Shown in pieces: positions 1 through 7,364 of a stretch of DNA of 64,000 nt. The translations under genes and the position numbers were made by a program. Below the pieces are notes generated by a model. The model was not told the origin of the DNA, made no database searches, and saw only the letters and a program-made list of their open reading frames with translations. Location of the stretch: assembly GCA_002793915.1 (NCBI GenBank), contig PFEF01000003.1:18854-82853 (forward strand), read 5' to 3'. This DNA is from Candidatus Ryanbacteria bacterium CG10_big_fil_rev_8_21_14_0_10_43_42. GTDB lineage: Bacteria; Patescibacteriota; Minisyncoccia; Ryanbacterales; 2-02-FULL-48-12. Positions within the stretch are counted from its first letter, which is position 1; each line of letters begins with the position of its first letter.

Positions 1-84
1 TGTGAACGGTGCTCATCTAAAGCGAGCCTCCTCTGGAAGCGATGGCAAGACCCCGATTTTTCACACACAGTCAGCTCGAAGATT

Positions 85-885
85 TCAAGCAATATGTGTC
101 CCTGTTTCTTTGAGAAAAAAGGAGTGAGGAGGCATTTTCAGGGAGGAGTGAATTCTTCTGGTATTGTAGTAGTGGATGTATCGACCAATGGCTTCAATCA
201 GAAGTTCGATGGTGGGGTGACGAGAAGGTTTCCCAAACTCCAATTTGAATTTATCATAGAATGACTCCTGATGGCCGTTTTTCCATGGTTTGGCCTTGGG
301 AGAGTGGGAAGGGAGAATCTTGTGATCGATGATCCATTGAATACAGGTATGGGAAGTGTATTCACTGCCTTGGTCGGAGTGAAAGAGGTAGGGAGTGCCT
401 CGTTTGCGCACCGCTTCTTCTAACACATCAAGCACCAATCGGGTGGTATGATGGAGACCAATCTGCCAGGCAATCACTTCTCGAGTAAATCGATCAATGA
501 TGGTAGCCAGATAGATTTTTGATCCATGAAAATGAAGCTCAGTAAAATCACCAACCCAGATGACATTCGGGGCAATGGGTGAAATGCCCTGAGTTCGATT
601 GGGTATGCCACTCATTGACTTGGTACGGCCATACCGAGCCTTTTTATGACGAATACGGGGTTGAATGCCAAACTTTTTCATCACGCGGTGAGCCCGATTT
701 TTCCCAATATGTAAGGCAATGGCGATACGGCGATAGCCATATGCTAGATGCTCGATCAATGTTTCCAAAATACGATCCCGCAGAGTACGGTCTTTAATCT
801 CTTGTTTTGGTTTGTAGTAGAGACTGGAACGGGAAACGCCGAGAGAGCGAGCGAGAGCCGCTTTGGAGATTTCTTTTTCCCGCAA
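85..885 (-). CDS. IS3-family transposase OrfB (DDE integrase catalytic core)
   Basis: The 266-aa translation has an rve-type core (WVGDFTE...HSDQGSEYTS...YYNTRRIHSSL). The listed first codon is TTG, so it is probably expressed as an OrfAB fusion by frameshifting. Confidence 0.9.
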   Translation of the reverse strand: MREKEISKAALARSLGVSRSSLYYKPKQEIKDRTLRDRILETLIEHLAYGYRRIAIALHIGKNRAHRVMKKFGIQPRIRHKKARYGRTKSMSGIPNRTQGISPIAPNVIWVGDFTELHFHGSKIYLATIIDRFTREVIAWQIGLHHTTRLVLDVLEEAVRKRGTPYLFHSDQGSEYTSHTCIQWIIDHKILPSHSPKAKPWKNGHQESFYDKFKLEFGKPSRHPTIELLIEAIGRYIHYYNTRRIHSSLKMPPHSFFLKETGTHIA

Positions 886-889
886 AATA

Positions 890-1156
890 TCACGCGCTAA
901 GAAAGGAGCTTTTCTTTTTCATCTTCTGGTGCAGAATCATTTCGCCAATGATAGCTTTCAATTCCTGATTCTCCTGTTTCAACCTTTGTACTTCTGTACT
1001 GGAGGTATGGCTATTTCTGGTTTGTTTCCGTAGCCACTTCTTAATCGTATCTTCTGTTATTACAAATGTCTTCGCGGCATCAGGGATGGACATACCTTCA
1101 TCCTTGATGGCGGAAATAATCTTAGCCCGTTGTTCCGGGCTGACGCGTGTTGCCAT
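890..1156 (-). CDS. IS3-family transposase OrfA (HTH DNA-binding + leucine zipper)
   Basis: 88 aa. N-terminal HTH ([19 protein letters not shown]) followed by a heptad Leu/Ile zipper ([19 protein letters not shown]). Ends 4 nt upstream of the orfB start. Confidence 0.85.
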   Translation of the reverse strand: MATRVSPEQRAKIISAIKDEGMSIPDAAKTFVITEDTIKKWLRKQTRNSHTSSTEVQRLKQENQELKAIIGEMILHQKMKKKSSFLSA

Positions 1157-1253
1157 ATATGTATATATTACGTCCGTCTAAAGGTGCGGACACATGTACA
1201 GTATATCAGGGCCATGCCAACAAGAGCCTGCGCGCGGTCTTCGTCCTACACTG

Positions 1254-1338
1254 CGGAGAGGGAGGGATTCGAACCCTCGAAGCCTTTCGACTTGCCGGTT
1301 TTCAAGACCGGTGCATTCAACCGCTCTGCCACCTCTCC
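1254..1338 (-). tRNA. tRNA-Ser (anticodon TGA)
   Basis: Reverse complement GGAGAGGTGGCAGAGCGG...CCGGTCTTGAAAACCGG...GGGTTCGAATCCCTCCCTCTCCG has a 7-bp acceptor stem, anticodon loop CTTGAAA, a long variable arm and a TTCGAAT T-loop. Confidence 0.8.
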
Positions 1339-1457
1339 CGATTTTTATCTTCACTTGCTGTCCGCATTAAAAATTATTTGGAATATACCACACCTATAAA
1401 CTAACTCCTGCACCCGAAAGTTTTGCCGCCAAACCACAGATTTGGGCAAAATTCGGG

Positions 1458-1546
1458 CGGAGAGGGAGGGATTCGAACCCTCGAACCGGTTTTACCCAGT
1501 TAACTCCTTAGCAGGGAGCCCCTTTCAACCACTCAGGCACCTCTCC
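1458..1546 (-). tRNA. tRNA-Ser (anticodon GCT)
   Basis: Reverse complement GGAGAGGTGCCTGAGTGGTTGAAAGGGGCTCCCTGCTAAGGAG...GGTTCGAATCCCTCCCTCTCCG. Anticodon loop CTGCTAA, long variable arm, canonical T-arm. Confidence 0.8.
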
Positions 1547-1704
1547 AATATATTTAATTATTTGTACAAACCTCCGGTTTTACCCAGGCGCAAAGTAATG
1601 CCTATTACTTTGCGCTCCCGCGCAGGGAGCCCCTTTCAACCACTCAGGCACCTCTCCAATATATTTAATTATTTGTACAAACCTCCGGTTTTACCCAGGC
1701 GCAA
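1511..1704. repeat. Perfect 83-bp direct repeat, two copies (1511-1593 and 1622-1704), separated by a 28-nt spacer that forms a 12-bp-stem hairpin (GCGCAAAGTAAT gcct ATTACTTTGCGC)
   Basis: Each copy is the 5' ~36 nt of tRNA-Ser(GCT), ending inside the anticodon loop, plus 47 nt of upstream flank. Copy 1 is part of the intact tRNA and copy 2 is an orphan 5' half. Confidence 0.75.
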
Positions 1705-1794
1705 TTGAGGGTTGCCGGGTAGCGCTCAATCCCCTTTCTTTAGGAATATAATCCTCGGCAAAGCCTCGAGCAAAAAACTGTTTATTCCTAAAGC

Positions 1795-1860
1795 CGGGGA
1801 AACGTTTGTTTCCCGTTGGAAGCTCACTTACTCGCTTCCAACCCACTTAGGCACCTCTCC
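1795..1860 (-). pseudogene. tRNA-like remnant (pseudo-tRNA)
   Basis: Minus-strand sequence starts GGAGAGGTGCCTAAGTGGG, nearly identical to the 5' ends of the two Ser tRNAs. Two non-canonical stem-loops follow and there is no TTCGAAT T-loop. A TAATATAAT -10-like box lies upstream, as at the real tRNAs. Confidence 0.4.
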
Positions 1861-1951
1861 AGATATTATATTATCGGCAAAGCCTTAAACAAAAACGTTA
1901 CCCTTAAAGAATATCATTCCCCATTATGGCTTCAACCGTAGCATAATCTTA

Positions 1952-2557
1952 TTGGATTTTAAACACTTGCCTTGCTACAATACTACTGCTACTATGACAT
2001 CCGTAATAAACTTAAAAAAACATGACCGTCCGCTTTCTTCCGAAAAAGCGACTCCCCCTCTAGCGCCGGATCAGAAAAAATCGGAACGGGAAAATTTTTA
2101 CCGCCCTATTTTATGGGAAGCGGAGGAATATCCCTATTACCGAAAATCATCCGATTGGTACTGGGCTGTTGGTATTATTACCGCAGGATTTTTTGCTGTA
2201 GCTATTATTGTGGGAAACTTGCTGTTCGGCGCATTTATCCTTCTTGGAGGATTTACCCTTGCTCTCTATGGCGCACGCCGCCCCCAAACCGTATCTTTTT
2301 CCATCTCACCGAAAGGTGTTCATGTGGGCGACACGATATATCCTTATGAATCCATAAAGTCATTTTGGATATTCTACGACCCGCCCCATGTAAAGGAATT
2401 AAGCATTGAATCGCATAAATTTATAATGCCTCATATTAGAATTCCTTTGGGAAACGTAAATCCCGCGAATATGCGTTCGTACCTTCAGCAATTTCTCCCC
2501 GAGGAACAGCAGGAAGAAGCCCTTACCGATTCTCTGGCGCGTTATTTTCGGTTTTAA
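1952..2557 (+). CDS. hypothetical membrane protein
   Basis: 201-aa ORF with a clear hydrophobic segment (WYWAVGIITAGFFAVAIIVGNLLFGAFILLGGFTLALYG). No recognisable motif. The true start may be the internal Met at MTSVINL. Confidence 0.55.
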   Translation: MDFKHLPCYNTTATMTSVINLKKHDRPLSSEKATPPLAPDQKKSERENFYRPILWEAEEYPYYRKSSDWYWAVGIITAGFFAVAIIVGNLLFGAFILLGGFTLALYGARRPQTVSFSISPKGVHVGDTIYPYESIKSFWIFYDPPHVKELSIESHKFIMPHIRIPLGNVNPANMRSYLQQFLPEEQQEEALTDSLARYFRF

Positions 2558-2618
2558 AACACACACATATACCAAGTGATTCGTGTTTTATAAAATCATA
2601 ACAGCACTACACATTCCT

Positions 2619-2690
2619 GTTCCCGTCGTTCAATGGATAGGACGCCAGCTTGCGGAGTTGGTAATAGAGGTTCGAATCCTCTCGGGAACA
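2619..2690 (+). tRNA. tRNA-Arg (anticodon GCG)
   Basis: Manual fold: acceptor GTTCCCG/CGGGAAC, D-arm GTTC-AATGGATA-GGAC, anticodon stem CCAGC/GTTGG with loop TTGCGGA (34-36 = GCG), T-arm AGAGG-TTCGAAT-CCTCT, discriminator A. Confidence 0.7.
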
Positions 2691-2733
2691 CAATAACATT
2701 TCCCTTGCTCAGTATTCTTCGTATACTACATAT

Positions 2734-3024
2734 ATGGATATTAACAATAATTCCGGCATACGGTTTGATGAAGGAACCTTCTCTCCTGATCCATTCTCCC
2801 GGCCGTCCGGTCTTGCCGGGTGGATTATTAACCACTCCAACGGACGAATAACAACAGAAGCTGAAGCGAATAATATATTAATCGGTCTTTTTGTCATTAT
2901 TATTATAGTCATTATTACCATATTTTTTATATTGAACCGTTCCCCCTCTGTAGAACTTCCTCTCGGTACAGAAATAATATATCCTCCCAAAGAACCGCCA
3001 CGATTAAATATTCCTTTATTGTAA
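2734..3024 (+). CDS. possible small membrane protein upstream of the pilin gene
   Basis: 96-aa ORF with one strongly hydrophobic segment (ILIGLFVIIIIVIITIFFIL). It ends 13 nt before the pilin start. AT-rich, no SD; could be spurious. Confidence 0.25.
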   Translation: MDINNNSGIRFDEGTFSPDPFSRPSGLAGWIINHSNGRITTEAEANNILIGLFVIIIIVIITIFFILNRSPSVELPLGTEIIYPPKEPPRLNIPLL

Positions 3025-3037
3025 GTATGGTAAAATT

Positions 3038-3526
3038 ATGAAAAAAGGATTTACTCTTATAGAACTTCTCGTTGTCATCTCTATTATTGGGCTTTTGGCG
3101 AGTGTTGTGTTGGCAAGCTTAAACACAGCACGTTCCCGTGCGCGAGACGCACGGCGCATGACGGACATGCGCCAAATACAAACCGCCCTCGAACTGTATT
3201 TTAATGATAATGGCGTGTACCCCAGTACCAGCAACGTATGGTTCGGTGTTTCAGTTAATGGAGGAAGCCGCGGCGTTACCGGTGCCGGCGGCTATATACC
3301 CAACCTTGCCCCTACGTACATACCAACCTTACCCGTAGACCCTCTTGATAATAGAAGTGGTTGGTCCGGGTATCTATATCTATCAATTAATGGATCACAA
3401 TACGCCCTCCTCTCTACCGTGATTGGCCCCGAAAGTTTCCCGTCTGCCGGAGAACCATTTTATGACCCCAATCGCCCCACATGGGCATGGAAAGTCTGTA
3501 GCGGTCCGCCGGAATGTAATCGCTAA
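3038..3526 (+). CDS. type IV pilin / pseudopilin (prepilin-type N-terminal methylation domain)
   Basis: N-terminus MKKGFTLIELLVVISIIGLLASVVLASL is the canonical class III signal (G|FTLIELLVV). Confidence 0.85.
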   Translation: MKKGFTLIELLVVISIIGLLASVVLASLNTARSRARDARRMTDMRQIQTALELYFNDNGVYPSTSNVWFGVSVNGGSRGVTGAGGYIPNLAPTYIPTLPVDPLDNRSGWSGYLYLSINGSQYALLSTVIGPESFPSAGEPFYDPNRPTWAWKVCSGPPECNR

Positions 3527-3572
3527 ATACAATCCTTGCAAATCCTTCACAAAGAAGACATCCTTGGGATAT

Positions 3573-5729
3573 ATGAATTCGTACGATGCCCCACTTGATG
3601 CCGTTCTTCATGTGTCCTCTGCGCATAAAACGGCCTTTAAAAAAGCGGGTATTGAAACCGTGCGCGATTTGTTGTTTTTCTTCCCCGCACGATATGAGGA
3701 TTTTTCGGTACGTACATCCATTAAAAATCTTTCTGCCGGAGTACATACCAGTATTGAAGGAATAATTGCCTCTATAACGTCAAAGAAAGCATATCCGCGG
3801 CGTATTCCGTTAGTGGAAATTGTCGTGGAAGACAGCTCCGGTAAAACACGGGCGCTTTGGATGAACCAACCCTACATTGCAAAAGCACTTGTGAAAGGAT
3901 CGATCATTCATCTTTCGGGAACAGTAAAGCAAAATAAAAAAGGTGAGCTATATATGGTAAATCCGGTACGCAACACATCACGCGCACATACCGACGAACA
4001 TACCGAGCGCATTATATCGTACGACGACGATACCGCTGAACCTCTTATTCCTGTTTACCCCCCAGTGCGTGGCGTACCGGCACGCATACTTCCCTCTTAT
4101 ATACAGGATATTCTTCATCTTGCCTCCGAACTGCCGGACAGCATTCCCGCTTCCGTCCGAAAAACCTATAATCTGCCGGAAATTAAAAATGCCCTTTTTC
4201 ATATTCATAAACCGAGCACAATGGCGTGGGCGGATGCCGCGCGAAAACGATTTGCGTTTGACGAAATGTTTGCCATACAACTGCATCGCGTACGCATGCG
4301 CACTAATCTCTCAACACAAAAGTCATTTACGATTCCCTTTTCTGAAACTCCCATAACAGATATAGAAACCCGTATCGCATTTCCCCTCACTGGTGCGCAA
4401 AAACGAGCCGGTAAGCATATTTTAAAGGACTTTTCATTATCACACCCCATGGCGCGTTTGTTGGAAGGCGATGTCGGCTCCGGAAAAACTCTGGTGGCCA
4501 TTATTGCCGCCCGCGCTGTTACCGCCGCAGGCGGACAAACAGCCTATCTGGCACCCACAGAAATTTTAGCGCGCCAACATCTTCGGGAATTTTGCAAACA
4601 TCCCTTTTCCGGACGTATCGGGCTTATTACATCGAGTGAATGTCGGGTATTTCCTTCCAAAGCGCGTCCAACAGAATCCGTACGCATATCACGCGCACAA
4701 CTGCTTGTATGGGTTGCCGATGGTACGGTGTCTGTTCTCATCGGAACACATGCCCTTATACAAAAAGATGTTCTATTTAAATGCCTTGCTCTCCTTATCG
4801 TGGATGAACAACATAGATTCGGCATAGAACAAAGAAACCGTCTCGTACGCATGCAGGAAAAACAACCACACCTGCTTTCCATGACCGCAACACCCATACC
4901 CCGCACACTGGCACTCACGCTTTATGGCGATCTTGATATTTCTCTTTTGGACGAAATGCCTCCGGGACGGAAGCCGCCAGAAACACATATCATACCTCCC
5001 GAAAAACGCGAAAGCGCCTATGAGTTTATACGGAACACCATTAAAGACGGCGGACAGGCATTTGTTATATATCCTAAAATAGGATTACAAAGCGAGGAAC
5101 ACACAAAACCGGATAAGCCAATTTCCGAAATATCCGCATCCATGAAAGCGGTTGTAGAAGAACATAAGCGTCTTAAGGAAGATATTTTTCCTGAATTTAC
5201 CGTCGGCATGCTTCATGGAAAATTAAAGCCACGGGAAAAAGAAGATGTTATTGCGCAATTTCGTGCCGGAGACATTCATATTCTCGTATCCACGTCTGTT
5301 ATCGAAGTGGGTATCGATATTCCTAATGCGTCTATTATGATGATTGAAGGCGCCGAACGATTCGGCCTTGCCACACTGCATCAATTCCGCGGACGCGTGG
5401 GGAGAGGCGGGCAAAAATCATATTGTTTTATTTTTACCGATTCCAAAACACCAAAAACGCTTGAACGCCTACAAGCCCTTACAAAAGCAAAAAATGGCTT
5501 TGAGCTTGCCGAGTATGATCTTTCCTTTCGTGGTCCGGGAGAACTTTCCGGGTCTTCGCAATGGGGCATTAGCGATATTGGCATGGAAGCGCTTCGCAAT
5601 ATAAAAATGGTGGAGGCGGCACGAACAGAGGCTGAAAAACTTCTTTTGTCTGATCCAAAGCTTGCCGCGCACCCCATCCTAAAAGAGCGCGTAGAAAAAC
5701 TTGAAAAACAATCTCTGCATTTCGAATAA
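3573..5729 (+). CDS. recG: ATP-dependent DNA helicase RecG
   Basis: Wedge-like N-terminus (VRDLLFFFPARYEDF), Walker A GDVGSGKT, DEQH box (LIVDEQHRFG), helicase C motifs (QFRGRVGRG). The start was moved to the Met at 3573, after the pilin stop; the ORF-track start 3423 overlaps the pilin gene. Confidence 0.9.
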   Translation: MNSYDAPLDAVLHVSSAHKTAFKKAGIETVRDLLFFFPARYEDFSVRTSIKNLSAGVHTSIEGIIASITSKKAYPRRIPLVEIVVEDSSGKTRALWMNQPYIAKALVKGSIIHLSGTVKQNKKGELYMVNPVRNTSRAHTDEHTERIISYDDDTAEPLIPVYPPVRGVPARILPSYIQDILHLASELPDSIPASVRKTYNLPEIKNALFHIHKPSTMAWADAARKRFAFDEMFAIQLHRVRMRTNLSTQKSFTIPFSETPITDIETRIAFPLTGAQKRAGKHILKDFSLSHPMARLLEGDVGSGKTLVAIIAARAVTAAGGQTAYLAPTEILARQHLREFCKHPFSGRIGLITSSECRVFPSKARPTESVRISRAQLLVWVADGTVSVLIGTHALIQKDVLFKCLALLIVDEQHRFGIEQRNRLVRMQEKQPHLLSMTATPIPRTLALTLYGDLDISLLDEMPPGRKPPETHIIPPEKRESAYEFIRNTIKDGGQAFVIYPKIGLQSEEHTKPDKPISEISASMKAVVEEHKRLKEDIFPEFTVGMLHGKLKPREKEDVIAQFRAGDIHILVSTSVIEVGIDIPNASIMMIEGAERFGLATLHQFRGRVGRGGQKSYCFIFTDSKTPKTLERLQALTKAKNGFELAEYDLSFRGPGELSGSSQWGISDIGMEALRNIKMVEAARTEAEKLLLSDPKLAAHPILKERVEKLEKQSLHFE

Positions 5730-5765
5730 AATTGTTCTGTATTAAAAAATGAAACTCTATGTCAT

Positions 5766-7307
5766 TTAGCGGCGATGCTTAGGCGTAACCCAAAAACCAA
5801 GCCGCCATCGTCCCCCCAGCATGAGGCGCGTTTGGGCCTCGAGCCCCGGAATGGCGCCAAAAACAATGATGGTAAACGGCATAAGCACCCATTGAAAAAC
5901 CATACTAAAACTCCTCCACTTGCCATAGTGTTTCGGACGCGGCGGCAGAAGAGATGTTGAAATAACGGCAGATGTGATAAGCCCCACCATAGCAAATCGC
6001 ATAAGCGTCTGTGTAATAACCGGCAAATTATAAGAAAGAAGCGTTGTATTAAACTCTTTCCCTCCCAGATAAATGGGAAGCCATCCCAAGGCAAAAATAA
6101 TAAGTGCATTGGTCGCCCATGACCAAAACCCCTCCAGCAAGACACCGGTAAAATATATTTTTTGTCTAATGGGAATATTTTTGTTCCGTACAAAATTAAA
6201 AAATACATATGGCATATTTTCGACTCCCCATCCCCACCTGCGTTGTTGCTTGTATACATTTTTTACCGTTTCCCAAAATGTAGGGGCAACATTTGCATCC
6301 AATGATATTGGATATGAAAGCGGTATTGTACGGTAGTCTCCGTTATACGGAAAAAAATGATTCCAAAAAATACGCGAATCTTCCGATACAATGTTTTTCT
6401 GCCAATAGCCGACATCCACAAGTCCGCTTAAACTCATAGAATGAGAAGAAAATGTTGTAAGCCGTTCCGGACGCTCCTGTTGCATCATTTGCCAAAACGT
6501 ACCCGATGACGCAACCACGCGGGAAAGCATGGGGGCATCCCATATATTATTGTTATATACCGGCACCGGCTGAAATGATGAGCGATACGGTTTTTCTACT
6601 GTAAGAAAGTGATATGCTACACAAGAAAAATAATGCGGATACACGCGGGAATCGATATCAAATGCAGAAACAATTACATTTTTATGCGGAATATTTTTCG
6701 GATCAATATAGTTCTCTACAATTTCTTTGGCGGCATATGTTCCGTTTGATCCCTTTCCCGCAAGCTCACCCTCTGTGTCCATAGGATGCAATGTTGTAAA
6801 AAACATACCGAACTTATCACCATACTCTTCGACAATAACACGCTCTGTTTCAGCGGCCTCCTCTCCGGCGCGCTCCTCCCGAGCGAGAACAATAATCATA
6901 CGATCTTTCGGCCAGGGCGTTGCTAAAATGGCATCTAAAGATCCTCGCACAACGGAAGCATCTTCTTTATAAAACGGCAGTATAACCAGTTGTTGTAAAT
7001 GCTCCCACCGCATATTAGCAAGTTTTGAATGCCAATCGATTTCCATATGTTTTTTAAGACGCTTGGCGCTAATACGCATATGCACCGATAAAAATACGGT
7101 CTTTATAAGCCAGTACAAATCGAATGTAATGATAAACACAGCCGCCCACACGGGCGCCCGCCACGAAAGAAGGAAAAGTCCTATAAGCGTAGTCCACGCA
7201 AGCGCTCCCGGAACAATCTCAAAAAAACGATAAAGACGACGATCGCTTCCCGTTAAGTCATTTGCTTTTGAAATATTGTAATATGTATTCACGCAGGAAT
7301 TGTACAT
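5766..7307 (-). CDS. processive family-2 glycosyltransferase (polysaccharide synthase-like, QxxRW motif), integral membrane
   Basis: 513 aa. N- and C-terminal transmembrane helices, D-x-D (SAFDIDS) and KQQRRWGWG (QxxRW) as in cellulose/chitin/hyaluronan-synthase-type GT2 enzymes. Confidence 0.7.
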   Translation of the reverse strand: MYNSCVNTYYNISKANDLTGSDRRLYRFFEIVPGALAWTTLIGLFLLSWRAPVWAAVFIITFDLYWLIKTVFLSVHMRISAKRLKKHMEIDWHSKLANMRWEHLQQLVILPFYKEDASVVRGSLDAILATPWPKDRMIIVLAREERAGEEAAETERVIVEEYGDKFGMFFTTLHPMDTEGELAGKGSNGTYAAKEIVENYIDPKNIPHKNVIVSAFDIDSRVYPHYFSCVAYHFLTVEKPYRSSFQPVPVYNNNIWDAPMLSRVVASSGTFWQMMQQERPERLTTFSSHSMSLSGLVDVGYWQKNIVSEDSRIFWNHFFPYNGDYRTIPLSYPISLDANVAPTFWETVKNVYKQQRRWGWGVENMPYVFFNFVRNKNIPIRQKIYFTGVLLEGFWSWATNALIIFALGWLPIYLGGKEFNTTLLSYNLPVITQTLMRFAMVGLITSAVISTSLLPPRPKHYGKWRSFSMVFQWVLMPFTIIVFGAIPGLEAQTRLMLGGRWRLGFWVTPKHRR

Positions 7308-7364
7308 AAGATAAAGAGAAATGCAAATAAAAACCGGCTTATCTTTTGGATAAGCCGGGATACC

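Larger units (their letters stand above)
1..1200 (-). mobile_element. IS3-family insertion sequence (partial; element is cut by the window start, inner boundary near 1160-1250 not resolved)
   Basis: Adjacent orfA (HTH/leucine-zipper) and orfB (DDE integrase core with HSDQGSEYTS motif) on the minus strand. An A-rich run (ATGAAAAAGAAAAGC) lies at the orfA/orfB junction. No clean terminal inverted repeats were found inside the window. Confidence 0.8.

Noticed and set aside
579-797. 72-aa plus-strand ORF inside the IS3 orfB region
   Set aside because: Antisense to a well-supported transposase gene; no motif. Typical overlapping shadow ORF.
1511-1704. Possible CRISPR array or minisatellite
   Set aside because: Only two copies, 83 bp each, derived from a tRNA 5' half plus flank. 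No cas genes anywhere in the window.
3423-3572. N-terminal 50-codon extension of the recG ORF
   Set aside because: Overlaps the 3' end of the pilin gene in another frame. The conserved RecG N-terminus begins at the Met at 3573.
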